Source of the DNA: Felis catus
Lineage: Eukaryota
Length of the DNA stretch: 64,000 bases
NCBI RefSeq assembly: GCF_018350175.1
Contig: NC_058368.1
Coordinates: 94,924,001 to 94,988,000 of the forward strand
Reading direction: 5' to 3'
Below the pieces are notes generated by a model. It did not search any database and was not told where the DNA came from. It was given only the letters and a program-made list of their open reading frames with translations. The position numbers were made by a program, and so were the translations under genes. Shown here one piece after another: positions 38,041-51,563 of the stretch (the first letter of the stretch is position 1; every line of letters starts with the position of its first letter).

Positions 38041-40225
38041 TCATGGTTTTTTAAAATCTTCGTGAAAAGTCTTCAAGTTCTGGGTTTCCCTCTCTTCCTG
38101 GGCAACTGTCGCATCCCAAAAGGCAGCTATTAAATGTGTTTTGGTGACCCTAAAGGCTTGTAGGCTCAAAGATCCTGAATGAGAAACAATGGTATTGTCT
38201 TCAGCTTGAAGAGGTTTGCTCCCAGAATGTCATGGTCACCCAGACTCAGTGATGGTGACGAAAGGCAGATGTATGTGGTCTGCTGGTGCTGAGAGACAGT
38301 CCATCACCAACGGTTTCCCTGGCTGTGCGCCTTTTCCAGGCTTTCCCCAGGTCTTTGCACAGAGGTGGGGAAAGAGCCACGGGTGAGGACCTTCGCAGGA
38401 GGTCGCAGCCCCCTCCCCACCTTGCGCCCGCAGACACATCCCAAGCTTCTTTAAGCCAGCATTATGATTTTCATCTCCAATTGTTGAATAAGTGCAACTT
38501 GAAGCTTAGATGCCTTATTTATTTGAAAATCAAATTTAACTCCTTCCCACACAGCCCAGATGTTCCCTCACTTTGCCTATTTTGATTTCCTCTTGATGGG
38601 AGTGATGACTGATGGAAATTAGGGCCCGTGGAGGTGTCCTTGCAAAACAGCCTCATGCTCCTTGAAGGATTCCTGACCTGCAGACTCCCCATCTCTTCTT
38701 CCACAGCTTCCCTGCCACCTCTAGACCCTGGTGATCTTGCACCTGAACTTGGGAGATGTGTAAGCCTGCTAATTCAGGCATCCTCCAGCAGCCTGCATAT
38801 GCCAGCACATCACAGAGACGGATGGAGAGCCAGAGTAAAAATAAACCTAAAATAAATGGTATTTGAAGACCTTGAAACAGATTAATTTAGACGTGGTTTG
38901 AAAAGGAGTGGGTTGGCTTTTTTTTTTTTTTCTTTAATGTCTTAGCTGGGATTTGGGGATTTTTTTTTTTTAATGATAGAGCAAAAAGTTCAAATTCTAT
39001 CCCTTTAATTTCTTACTCTAAATTGCTGCAGAGTGTAATGAAGGCTCAACTTGGCTCAAATATTTTTCCTTTGTGCAGATCGGGCACTCAATTAATGAGA
39101 GGACACTCCCGCTGCTGGGTACAAGAAAGATTGTTCTCTTCTAGCTCCCACTGCAGAGAGGGGGAGAGGCAGATATTAAACACCGTTCAAAAAAAAATTA
39201 AATAAGTAAAGTGGAGTCCTGGTCCTTGAACTACCTCTAAGAGATATCATATTACATTTTTTTCAGGGTTTCCTAGGAAACCAGTTCGGTGTAAAAACGT
39301 ATTCTTTGTCTTCTGCTCTTTGCAAAATTGTTTGAACCATCATATCTCATAAAAGGTTGCTTCACAGGCAATTTGAACAGCATTTAAAAAAAAAAAAAGC
39401 GCTTAATCTGCAGTTTGCTGCCCCAATGACGGCGCTACACCTTTATCGGGGGCTTGAATACTTGATTGTATTTGCTGTAAACGGATAAGATTATGCCATT
39501 ATTTCTGAAGTGTCTGTGAAATCAAATCTTGTTGTCTTTTTTGCCTTCAAATCATGAGTCTTTCCCCCCCCCTCCAACACACCCAAGTAGCACTAAAATA
39601 TCTCCTAAAATAGTTTTAGGAGGTTCTTATCAGCACTTACACAGCAAAGCATCAGCGAAGGGAGAAATAAACCTCTCTCTCTCTCTCTCTCTCTCCTCTC
39701 TCTGATATTCAGCACGCATGGGCTTGGTCTCCAGAGCTGATGTGCTAATGTGTCCCCAATGTCACCACCAGCTCAGAGTCCCCTAATGCTTGCTCTGCCA
39801 TCATGATTTATATTACATTACATATATTACATTACATGCATACATTTCTATCATTACATAGTTATCGTTGTGCGAACGATGAAGATTCTTGAAGGTGCTG
39901 TGGAGTGGGGAATCTCATGAGGTTCAAGGATTTAGGGAATTGGAAAGTTTGATTGTTTTTAATACTTGAGATTTCAGCTCCTAACTTTACTCCTATGTGA
40001 AAAGCCCTCGGAAAACAGGACGAGCGTCGCCACAGTACTGACGTGGGCGTGCACGTATGGACGATCCGTGGGGTGGGCTGCATGTTGTCTGGGTTATTGG
40101 AAGTGTCCCTAAGGGATTAGTGTGATTCCCATCCCTGGTGTCATTAATCACCTAGCTCCCTACAGGGTTGGCTATCTCTTGGTTTCCAATAGGCTTTCTT
40201 TGTCATGTTAAAAAAGAAAAGAAAA

Positions 40226-40445
40226 GGGGCGCCTGGGTGGCGCAGTCGGTTAAGCGTCCGACTTCAGCCAGGTCAGGATCTCGCGGTCCGTGAGTTCGAG
40301 CCCCGCGTCGGGCTCTGGGCTGATGGCTCAGAGCCTGGAGCCTGTTTCCGATTCTGTGTCTCCCTCTCTCTCTGCCCCTCCCCCGTTCATGCTCTGTCTC
40401 TCTCTGTCCCAAAAATAAATAAACGTTGAAAAAAAAAATTTTTAA
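40226..40445 (+). mobile_element. Young felid CanSINE
   Basis: ggggcgcctgggtggcgcagtcggttaagcgtccgacttcagccagg; CpGs retained. Confidence 0.95.
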
Positions 40446-40469
40446 AGCACTATGTGTTCCCAAGTGTTA

Positions 40470-40842
40470 GCAGGTCACAAGGCACTAAAGTCTACACTCC
40501 CCAGCCTCCCTTGCTGCCTGATGTAGCCACAGCTGTGAGTGTACTTGTGTTCCTAGGATGTGAACTAAGGTATTCTGTGCCACTACGGAATAGCCCCTAA
40601 AAATGGCTGGGTATGCTCCACCCACTCTTTCCTTTGCCTTCCCTGTTGTTGGAGAAGTTGGCATGAAGAGAAATGTCTTGATCAGAAGATTAAAGCCACA
40701 CGTGGAAGATTACAGAGCTGCCCCACCAGTGATGGATCCCGTGCTGTGGGGCTGTTGCTTAAGAGTGACACAAATTTCTATCTTTTGTTCAGCTGCCTTG
40801 TTCCGGCAGTACTTTGTTGCAGAAGTTAAGTCTGTATGTGAC
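40470..40842 (+). mobile_element. Old MaLR LTR (MLT1J/K-like)
   Basis: ctacactccccagcctcccttgc...aaatttctatctt...tttgttgcag. Confidence 0.55.
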
Positions 40843-41027
40843 AGAGTAAGGTATCAGGCAGTGAATTAGGAACTGGGTTACCCACTTCTTGCCATCAAAT
40901 GGCACGTTGCCAACGAGCAGTGTGTTTTTGAGCAATGTCTCAAAATGATTTATTCATCTCCAAAAAGAGGGGCTTTCAGCACCATGAGATAATGGCTATC
41001 ACTTACATTTTTGGTATGATGCTTTAC

Positions 41028-41495
41028 TCTTTTTTTTCTTAAAATCTTTTAATGTTTATTTATTCTTGAAACAGAGACAGAGTGTGAGCAGGGGAGGTGC
41101 AGGGAGAGAGGGAGGCACAGAATCTGAAGCGGGCTCCAGGCTCCGAGCTGTCAGCACAGAGCCTGAGGTAGGGCTCGAATTTGGGAACTGAGACCATGAC
41201 CTGAGCCGAAGTTGGACGCTTAACCGACTGAGCCACCGAGGTGCCCTGCTTTATTCTTATAACAAAGTAGTTTCTCTGTCTCTCTCTGTTTAAAGTTTAT
41301 TTATTTTGAGAAAGAGAGAGCTAGCACAAGCAGGGGAAGGGCAGAGAGAGGAGGGAGAGAGAGAGAGAATACCAAATAGGATCCACGTGGTCAGAGCAGA
41401 GCCCCTTGCAGGGCTTGGACTCACAAACCCTGAGATCATGGCCTGAACTGAAATCAAGAGTCAGACACTTAACCAACGGAGCCACCCAGGCGCCC
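41028..41495 (-). mobile_element. Two CanSINEs (41028-41247, 41288-41495)
   Basis: SINE motifs. Confidence 0.9.
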
Positions 41496-42289
41496 GTGTC
41501 ACAAAGTAATTTTTCTCTTAAAAGAAATGTCTCAAGTCTCTGGCCAGGAGATGGGACAAGGCTTGGGGCTAAGCAAGCAGTTACTTCCATCCAGGTTAAC
41601 CGCAGCTGAGATTCGGAGGTTGGAATGGCCCTGGGACCAGGCAGGGCAACAACGTAGGTGTGTGCAGGGAAAAGGGCCGTGAGAATCGGCTCAAAGAGCA
41701 AGTCAGCAAGCAGATGGGCAATCCAAGGCCTCCAGGCATCCTGTACTGGTGCCCAGGAGCCTCCTGGACAAAGGGGGTGAGGGACCTTATAGTTTTGTTC
41801 TTTGTAGTGCATTCTGGGTCCATTCTGGCGTCCAGAGAGTCCTGCCCAGAGGCACCAGTTCAGGCTAACCAGATAGGACTTCCCAGATAGCACAGGAGTC
41901 CCGACTGAGTGATGGTAAGTTCTGTTCTCCCCAGACCAGCCATGGGGGAATGGCAGAGGACGGCCCTGAGGTGTTCAGAGCCCCCCAGGCCTCCGTGCAG
42001 GCATCCTGTGGCACAGATGGCTATACGTGTGACAAAGAGCCAGAACTCTATCCGGCCAAGCAGGGCTTTTGTTTAACCAGGTCTGGCTGGCTGCTTTTGT
42101 TGGCAGATAAGGAGTATTTAGGGGAGAGAAAAAAGAGACATTTTCATTATCAGCAGGATGGGGGACTCAGAGTCATTTATTTAATCTGAAGATTTCGAGG
42201 ACTGGGATCTTGTGTGTGAATGCCAAGTTGGAGAAGAAGGACATGGTGGGATTTGGAGTTTTTCAGGCGCCGGTAAAACATTCACCTCA

Positions 42290-42440
42290 GTTGACTTTTA
42301 CACACTCCTGTGGGGTAGGCAGGACAGCCATGATTTAAATCGATTTTGCAGCTGGAGAAGGTGAATTGTGGAGAGTTTGAAAGACCGCCCCGCAGTCACA
42401 GAGGCCAGCTCAGACTAGAAGCCAGGCCCACAGACTCACC
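42290..42440 (-). mobile_element. MIR
   Basis: cctgtggggtagg...attttgcagctggagaa...gtcacagag...ctagaagccagg. Confidence 0.5.
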
Positions 42441-43375
42441 ACGGGTATGCTTTCTAAGCGACTTTGTCTTGGGAGAAGCCGAAACTCCCAGTTGCCAGAT
42501 TAGGGATGACTGTTCTAAGAGCCTCTGGGGACTGGCCTCTGTGGGGGCTGGTCTCGGGGCACCTCACCCTCACGACGCCACCACCACTGAGCCCTGGTCT
42601 GTCCCTGGGCCCAGGCCTGTCTGCTGTTCTGGCCAAGTAATTAGAGAGGACCTTTTTGGGTCACTCTCTCCGGAGGACAGAAAGAGCCCTTTGGTTTCTG
42701 GATTAGAAAGCTCCCCAGATTGAATGACCGAGGAGAAGTTTTTGATCTCGCTATTACAGTCACCTAATTAAAACGAAATGCAGATGGTCCAACACCTAGT
42801 AATTTTCACCTCACGTACTTTGGATCCAAATACAGCCCTTCCCTACTGACTTACACTGTTTAAATTACAAAGTCAGAAGGAAATATGACTGTTTACCTAT
42901 TTCTATTCATACATATAAGTCTAACACATTCTTTCTTCTCCCCAAGCAGGAAATGTGATCACAGATCTTCACCCTGGAAACAAAGAGGGATGAATCTTTG
43001 GTTCTTAAATAAAACACCAGTAAGAATTTAAATCAGCCAACACCTATGTCAAACTTCAGTAGACAATTCTGTTTCCTGTACACACAAAAAATGTATCCTT
43101 TCCCAGGAATGGAGAAGGGAGGTCTTCAGAAGAACTTTAGCATTTGATGTTGTCCTGGAATGCATCCTTTGGAGTAGAAAACTTCCTTTACAAAGTCAAC
43201 CGGTTATTGACGGGCACCCTTCAGATCAGGGAATATCAGTTGTTTCAAAGGTTGCTACCTTTAGTGAGTGCATAATTAGATGGATATCACTGTGTAACAA
43301 CTGTAATTACATATATATCTTGTACCAGTGCTACCAAAGTTGGTGGCAACAGCCTTGGTCTTTACTAAAAAGCAT

Positions 43376-43442
43376 TAAAAAAATGTTTTTTAATGTTTAT
43401 TTATTTTTGAGAGAGAGACAGACAGAGTGTGAGCAGGGGAGG

Positions 43443-43480
<38 letters not shown>

Positions 43481-43606
43481 CTGAAGTAGGCTCCAGGCTC
43501 CGAGCCATCAGCACAGAGCCCAATGTGGGGCTCAGACTCACAGATCGTGAGATCATGACCTGAGCTGAAGTAAGATACTTAACCGACTGAGCCATCCAGG
43601 TGCCCC
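43376..43606 (-). mobile_element. CanSINE
   Basis: TSD aaaagcatt on both sides. Confidence 0.9.
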
Positions 43607-44045
43607 AAAAGCATTTCTATGTATTGGGAAAAGGCTTTATGGGAACCGGGCTTCAACTGGCAAACAAACGAATACAAAGCAGAAAGAGAACAGTGCAGTT
43701 CTAAGAAGAATGGCCTTTTCCCCCTCCCTCTGAGTGAAATTGCCTAAGGCTATCCGTCATGGCGGCTAATGGAAGATGCCGGCTTCTTCTAAGGGCAGAA
43801 GAAGCTAGTTGAGTGTAGTACCTGGCTGGGCCGCACTGTCCCCAGGGCAGGAGGGAGGCCAGGCGTCCCACAGCAGTGAGGTGGTCCTGCCTCTGCTGCA
43901 TCCTGTGCATTCACACCAAGTAGCTTATTCATTCCAGGAGGGCTAGTCTGTGGCCAGAGCAACATGAAATATGGGCAGTGATATGGAGGAAGAAGATAGG
44001 TACTGAGGTAGAGGCCACTGCTACCTTCTGTCTCCTTCTGGGTGA

Positions 44046-44263
44046 TTTTTTAAAATGTTTCATTTATTTATATTTTTGAGAGAGACAGAGAGAGAGCACA
44101 GGTGGGGGAGGGGCAGAGAGAGAGAATGAAATGCACGATATGAAGCAGGCTCCAGGCTTGGAGCTGTCAGCACAGAGCCCAACACAGGGCTCGAACTCAT
44201 GAACTCTGAGATCGTGACCTGACCGAAGTTGGACGCTTAACTGACTGAGCCACGCAGGCACCT
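44046..44263 (-). mobile_element. CanSINE
   Basis: SINE motifs. Confidence 0.9.
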
Positions 44264-45701
44264 CTGGTTCTCAACCAAATGGTCCCATCGTTGACATCAG
44301 AGAGGAAGTCACTTTGTTGACCTGGTACCCATAGGGCCGAAGTGGCCAATGGTGCCAACGTGAAGAGCAAGAGTGATATTTCTTACTCGTCAATTACTTT
44401 CTATGAAGCGAAGGGTGAGCAAATTCTTTACCCTGGTAGGTGTAGGGACTTTCTTCTCTGTTACCAATTAACCCTGCGCTCTCTGAAGCTCCTCGAACTT
44501 CTCTTGTGATCCGTGTGGCTTGAGTAGGATGAAGAATCTGTAAAAGCTGGCCTTTCATCCCCTTTTTTTTCCACTGAGGGTCTCTGTCACTGCCCCGGAG
44601 GTGGCAGGGTGCGTCTCCAGAAGGGAGGTCACTGACTTTGGCTTCAGCTCTCTCTTTTCCTGCTTTGTTGACAGTTCCTAATAACACTGCTGGCATCAGG
44701 ACTTTGCAGACGCAGGAAGGAAGAGATGTGTTCTTTAATGATGGAAAAATCTTAGAGCACAATGCCCTTAAAATAGAACGTGTATGCCTAGCCTTTATTT
44801 CGGAGGCTTTATTGTTGTAACCGTGTCTCCTGGGAAATGCTGTGGGTGGCTTTTCCCCTTTGGTGAAGCGGAGTGATTGTGTAACCTGAGGTGTCCCCAA
44901 GGGAGCCGAGAGGGTGATGTCAACACACAGGTTTATGAAACATTACTCCATTTTCATGTTGATCGGTGATCCAATAGATTCCTTCTCTCCAAATTCCCCT
45001 CCCTGTAAAATGAGGATGCATCAGACATGATGCTGTTATGAGGATCAAAGAAAACCATGGACAAGGTTAGGTCTCCAAACTGTAAAATGCCACCAATGTA
45101 AACTGTCATTGTTACTGACCATTTCTCTTGTTGAAATTCACGCTTGCGCCCTCTGTGTGCAAAATGTTCCGTGTCCACACCAGAGAACTGATACTAAGTT
45201 TGTCAAGATCGGCTCCCTTCCTTACCAACCCTGTAAATGTGGTTGAGGGCAGTTGTCATGCTGAACAGGAGAAAACAGAGCTTTGGGCTCTCACACAGAT
45301 TTTACATCATCCAGCGCATCCTAGGAACCCCCTGGGAATCCCGCCTGAACCTCTTTCTTGTTGGTCTCCTGGCGTTTGGTGTTGTGTCCAATGTCACCTT
45401 CGTCTGTTTTTTTTTGGCTGAAAATCATCAATGAAAAATGCTTCTCATTTCATGGTTACCTATTTTTCTCCTTCATTAGCATCCCCTTATTTGGACCATT
45501 ATTGCAGCCCATTAACAGGACCAATGACTTGTTCTGGGGATGATCTTAATGATTCCCGAGGGAGTCTACTATGTGAAAGTGATTAGAAGAATCAAAAAGT
45601 TGCTGGTCATGGGAGTCATTGTCGACAGGGCTGAAAGGGACCCGTGTCCAGGCTCCTCTGCGAAGTGTTCCATTCCTGAGACTACGGTTTATGACACTTC
45701 A

Positions 45702-45911
45702 TTAAAAAAAATTTTTTTTTAAATGTTTATTTATTTTTGAGATATACAGAGAATGCGAGCAGGGAAAGGGCAGAGAGAGAAGGAGACACAGAATCCAAAG
45801 CAGGCTGAGCTGTCAGCACAGAGCCTGATGCGGGGCTCGAACCCATGAACTGTGAGATCATGACCTGAGCTGAAGTCGGACGCCTAACCGACTGAGCCAC
45901 CCAAGAACCCC
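45702..45911 (-). mobile_element. CanSINE
   Basis: TSD tgacacttca on both sides. Confidence 0.9.
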
Positions 45912-47405
45912 TGTGACACTTCAATTTTAACTAGAAAGTGCTGAGGTGAAGCCCACGTTGTACCAGGAAATGGGATGAAAGAACTTCCAAAGGGTCCACC
46001 TTTAGCAAACACGGGTTCTGACCTCCGTGACATTTTTGGTATTAGACTCTGGAGGAAAAAAGCCTCATGGTAGCATTTGTGGGCACATGTGTGTGTGGAT
46101 GTGTTTGCAGAGGAGGGATGGGGAACTCCCCACCGCTCAGCTGCCTCTCTTGATTTGCTCAAATTTCATTTCCATTTGCTAGAGGGACATCTGCCCATTT
46201 TTCTGCCCAGCCACATTTAATGCACATCAGTGCAGCCTAGCCCTCTGTTGAGGTCAACCGCCCCCACCCCCAGGCGTCCCGGGGGGGTTAGAGCTAAAGA
46301 TACACAATACTCTAAATGGAATATTGAAGATCCCCATCTGTCTGGCGGTCCCGATCAATAAATGTGAGCCCTTCCTTCCCAATTCTGTGCAAGAGACATG
46401 ACACCACCTGGTTTTAAGACAAGCGTGAGATGTGGGTTTCTAAGGGTTACTGGGTGCATGCACCCAGCTGTCACACTGCTCAGCCAGGATGAGGATTATG
46501 CTCTTAATCGTGTTATTTTGTTACGAAGGCGTTCTTTTAAATTCCCCTCACCCCTTTGCCTCCAGCAAAAAAAAAAATATACCAGTGCCTGAGAATGTAG
46601 GTGCCTTTTAGATCACTTTTCTTTGACTTGCTGAATGAATTTTTTGAAAGAGCTTTTGTTCAGGCTGTTCAAACCTAGGCGCTGTGGTTCTGGGGTACTT
46701 TGTGTGCCTTCTGCCAAATGATAAGACTGAACAACAAGACCTGTTTGTGTTTGCTTGACATGGCACTTGAGGGAGGCAGGCAGGTCTAAGATGCCAGCTC
46801 TGGCCCCATAGAATGCCTAGCTCGTTGGCTGTGTCGGGACAGCCACTCCTTGGGGCCAGCAGTCTGAAAGCACCCTACAGGCACCACTAACCCTGCAGCA
46901 AGCAAGCGAGAGAGTAAACACGACAATTAAAAAGCTGGCTTATCAGAGGCACTCCTTGAGTCTGAGCGAGGACATCCCTGGGGCCCCGGCTAAAACACAG
47001 GCTGCACCTGTTCGGCCTGGGACTCCTCTTCACCAGACCAGAACAAAGCTGACTGGGGCAAAAGCCACCATAGCAGGTGTCAGGTTGCACTGAGGGGATT
47101 GTCAGCTTCAAACTCCTGTGATTTGAGCTCCAGCCTGCCCCCTCCACTCAGCCCAGTTGAAGGCATTTGGGATCCCCCACCAGGGAAGGGGGAGGTGTGT
47201 ACAAAGGGCTTCCTGAGAGGAGGGAGACCGAGTGAGGGGGATCATGTCTTCCTGGCTAATAATGTTCTAATGTTGTAAATGAATGGAGGTAAGAGACAAT
47301 GAGTTTGTTCTTGGAAGAGCTGCTGTATCGCCAGCTTTGGGGTCATGGGCAAATCCTTTCATTTGGTGGATCTCAGCTTCCCCATTTTTTTAAAAATGAA
47401 AGTCA

Positions 47406-47615
47406 GGGGCACCTGGGTGGTTCAGTCGGTTAAGTGTCTCACTCTAGATTTCAGCTCAGGTCATGATTTCACAGGTTTGTGAAAGGGAGCCCCACAATGG
47501 GCTCTGTGCTGACAACTCAGAGCCTGCTTGGGGTTCTGTCTCTCTCTCTCTCTGCGCCTCCCCTGCTTGTGCTCTCCCTGTTTCTCTGTCTCAAAATAAA
47601 TTAATTTAAAAAATT
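47406..47615 (+). mobile_element. CanSINE following a MIR fragment
   Basis: TSD-like aaaaatgaaa..tcag on both sides. Confidence 0.9.
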
Positions 47616-48318
47616 AAAAATGAAACTCAGACTAGCTTTCAGTTCTACATTTAGTGACAGCCAGGCAGGGCAAACCTGTCGGTCACATAAGGAGAAGGAA
47701 GATCTTCAGTTTAGCAAAAGAAGGGATGGTCGCAGAGCAGATTCAATTCCCTTTTCTAAAGAATCTGAAGTCAGACATGGGAGATTTTGCTTGTGGCTCT
47801 CCCACCTACTTGGTATGCCATTTGGAGCACCGCCCGGTGGTCCACAGACTTTCTGTGGACTGATCCATTTTCCACATTGCTGCCAGGTAGATTTCTAAAG
47901 CACAAACACATGTGTTTCCTGCTTCATCTACTCCAAAGATGCCCTGCGGCCCATCAGCTAAAAGCCTAGCACATGGTAACCGGGCCCCTCTTCCCTTTCT
48001 CAGCCTTGCTTCTAGCAGGTTCATCTCAACGACCCTGCTCAAGGCCCCTAAACCTTTTGTCTCCCAGTCACAGCACACTTGGCTACTTTGTACAAGTTAT
48101 CCCGTTTGCCTGGTCTAGCTGTCCAGAGAACTCATTCTCTGAAGAACCAGCTCAAGTGTAGCCCTTGTGCCCCAAACCTTAGGGCCACTTCCTCCTGGGC
48201 AATTACAAAGAGCCTGCCCATCTCTCCGTGTAAGTGACGAGGCAAGAACTACATTCTAGTCAACTTGTGTGCCTGACATGCTTGACCCTCTGGATGGGAT
48301 TCAAGAAATGTAACTGGC

Positions 48319-48553
48319 GGGGGCGCCTGGGTGGTTCATTTGGTTAAGCGACCGGCTCTTGGTTTTGGCTCAGGTCATGAACCCATGGTTCGTGGGTTCG
48401 AGCCCCGCGTCAGACTCTGGGCTGACAGTACAGAGCCTGCTCAGGATTCTCTCTGTCCCTCTCTCTCTGCCCCTCCCCTGCTTGAGCACATGCGTGCTCT
48501 CTCTCTCTCTCTCTCTCTCAAGATAAATAAATAAACTTAAAAAAAAAAAAAAG
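48319..48553 (+). mobile_element. CanSINE
   Basis: TSD gaaatgtaactgg on both sides. Confidence 0.92.
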
Positions 48554-49264
48554 GGAAATGTAACTGGAAATACCCAAAGGTGACTGGATGGCTATACGTG
48601 TGAACTGAAACCCACCCCGCAGCTTCCCACATGCAGACTGACCTAAAACACTGTTTCAGAAAGTCAAAAGTAAAATACTGTAGCTGTGGACTTATGTAAA
48701 TAAGTGTTTTAAAAACACTCCAGAGGGGAAAACCTTATCTAGGCATTTCGCAATGCTTTTCTGCAAAATAAAAATCAAGGGCTGCATCCTGATATACCTC
48801 CAACCGTGTCTTCTGGGTTCCAAGAGAGAGAAATGCTAACAAGGAGTAAAATCCCGGCACCCTTCATCTTATTAATATGTAAAAAGGCTGAAGTCACATC
48901 TGTGCAAGGATCTATTTTTAGTGGACCCTACATACTAAAATCCTAGCCTTGATCTCTTAAACTATCAAGCCTACCATAAATGTTTGATGATGAACAAGCC
49001 CATAAAAAGAAAATGCGTAAAATGAATAGAGGGAGTCAATGCGTGCTCTGCCTTTTAATTACCGGCGGTTTCTGCTACAACTCCGCTCCAGGCTGGGTGC
49101 AGGCAGAGAAAACACATCAATAATTTGGGTGGTGGTGGGTGATGGGGGAAGGGTGTGAGTACTGTAAACAAATGGGTCTAACCACATCGTTATGGATGCT
49201 CTGGAAACCCGACAGAGATGGGAAGAAGAGTAAAGTCCAACCCCAGAAGGGTGGGGTTCCAAAG

Positions 49265-49332
49265 GGGAAAATTAAGAGATAAATAAAAGCATTCAGGACA
49301 CAAATGATAATGTAGAACAGTCTTGTTTTATT
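49265..49332 (-). terminator. Distal polyadenylation signal of SEMA6A with downstream U/GU-rich element
   Basis: tttatt at 49327-49332 is AATAAA on the minus strand, followed downstream by tcatttgtgtcctgaatgcttttatttatctcttaattttcccc. Confidence 0.8.
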
Positions 49333-49355
49333 ACTTTTAAGTCATAAAGAGCCTT

Positions 49356-49420
49356 TTCCTTGTTTTTTTTTTGTTTTGTCTTTTTTTTTTCCTTTTTTTT
49401 CTTTTCTTTTTTTTTTTTTC
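49356..49420. repeat. T-rich tract (A-rich in the SEMA6A mRNA)
   Basis: Interrupted poly-T just inside the distal poly(A) signal. Confidence 0.9.
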
Positions 49421-51510
49421 TTCCCATTTTACAACATACATTAAGTCATGAATCAGATGTTAGGGGATGTGGAGATGGAAGGAAAATTGGTGACGTCACA
49501 ATATTTTTACAACTTTACAACAAATATAAATCTGAGTTTGTTGCATCTACCAGTGTCTAGCAAGGGTGGAAAAGCAAAGGCACACTCAGGTTTATGGACC
49601 CTCCCCCCACGTGCAGTGGGGAAAAAAAAAAAGGGGAAGGAAATGCTTAAATGCAAAAGACCAGCTCAATACAAGTGGGCATTTCAGGGAGAACACAGCA
49701 AGTGAGGAGTTGTGGGGATGTGGGATGGAAGTTTTGACACAGGTCTCCGTAACACGGCTGAGGCAATGATGCTCACGCATGGGGGACAAGACAGTGGGTG
49801 CTGCGTGGCCAATGCTCTTGGGAGTCAAGTGTGGGGGAGAAGGTAGCAGGGGGGTGTATACCCATCACCTTCCTAAGTAAGTTCTGCATTTCCAAAGAAA
49901 AGTCAAGGTAAAAAACAATTATCCCAGTTGCTAGAAAAGACTTCACGGTTTCAGGGCACGGAATTCTCAGGAGGTGAACATTGATTCCGCTCACAAAACA
50001 AAATAAAAACAGGACAACACAAAACAGCAAAAACCTAGCCCGCACGGCAGCAAAGCTGCAAGGGATGTTTACAGGAAAGGAAGGCCATATGCACGTGTCC
50101 TCATTACACACCTAGGTCTCTCATTATGGAGGTACCACGTTTTCACCAGCCACCTCAAAATTGTCCAAAATAGTCTTTTTTTGAAAGTTTTTTTTTTTAA
50201 AGACAAGACTAAACCCAGAAGATCAAACTGGAAATAAAAAGAAATAAAGAGGCCACCAAATATACTGTTTAACTGTTTAAGAACACAACAACCCAAAACA
50301 ATGCTCACTGTTTACAGTATGTTGACAATTTTTTTGTTCATGATAGAGTAAACAAAAGTCCCCTCTGTGTGCTCCAGCTAATGAAAACCAGGGGGGAGCA
50401 CACACCCTCCCACCCCGCCCCCGTACAAACAATAACAACACAAGGATGAAGAAAGTTTTTAAAAAATTAAAAATCTTCCACCCCAGTCAATGTTTTTGCA
50501 GCATCCGTTGTGATTGGCTTTGTACTTGGAGTTACTCATCCATCATAGCAGGGACCAGCCCGCCTACATCTATTTCCACGTCATTTCTTTGTGTGCAGCG
50601 CACGTGTGTGCTGAGCCCATGGCTTGGAGACACCTCCCAGGTGCCTGGCAACTGCACACAGCGTGCTCTCCAGCCAGAGGACACAGCAGAAATGAGGAGC
50701 TGGGATGTTAGACCCTTCTCTGCTGGCCAATGAGGATATCACCATGTTGAAATGATCTGAGAATCTAAGGGAAGGAGGGAACGCTGGAGGGAGAAAGGGT
50801 ATTGCCACCCACAACACTGGGGACCATGCTTGGTAGCACAGCCAAGGGGTGGGTGGAGTTGGCACTAGAAGGAAGTGTGAATCGGAGGGCGTGGTGCCGC
50901 CCAGCTCTCCCAGGCTGCAGGATTATTACCATCACCACTACATTCTTCTTCCATCTGCTAGATGCTAATCTTCCAGAGGGCTGGAGTGGGGGTGGGGGGA
51001 GGGAGGGTCAAATAAATATCTGCATTTATTTCAAAAGTGGGGGGGGGAAGTGTATCATAACGACAGTTTACAAGTGTACACAACTCAGGGTGTAAGGCAC
51101 AAATTTACATGTGGAAAAGAGGCTATTCACAGATGTAACCCCACGAAAAACCCGTGTGAGCAAACCATTAATTTATGCAAAGTAGCAGCCAGCGTATTAA
51201 TTAGTTCACACCTTTAGTGGATTTTGTTTGCGGTCTCACATGCAAGGTGAAATGAGATGGGTATCACAAGCTGGTGCCTTCACAGAAAGTAGGAACCACT
51301 GACAAAGCCATGTTGGCAGAAATGGGACGCGGATGTGTCATTCTAAAAGTTCCTCTCCCGGTTGCTTTCGAAGTTAGGATCTGGAAGGACTTTTAAGCTA
51401 ATTAATTTTTTGCATGTTACAGGCCAGAGACCTGACCAGCAAATTAACTGGTTGATTTGAATAAATATTCCCCTGTCAACTTTTTTCCTTTAGCTAGAGA
51501 TCAGACAGTC

Positions 51511-51563
51511 CAAACACAAAGCTCAGAATTCCAGCTCCAACTTATTTACTCAGTGAATTTATT
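51511..51563 (-). terminator. Candidate proximal polyadenylation signal
   Basis: AATAAA at 51563-51558 with GU-rich tttgtgtttg at 51520-51511. Confidence 0.45.

Noticed and set aside
41321..41893. 190-aa minus-strand ORF
   Set aside because: The C-terminal part is SINE-derived and the rest is unrecognisable.
818..48553. Recurring MAQSVK..TSAQVMIS..LEPASDSVSPSLS peptides, and the idea of a repeat array or tRNA genes
   Set aside because: All are dispersed tRNA-derived CanSINE copies; there is no regular repeat-spacer structure and no complete tRNA.
49163..49170. miR-30 8mer match (tgtaaaca)
   Set aside because: It lies beyond the inferred distal cleavage site, so it is outside the mature mRNA.
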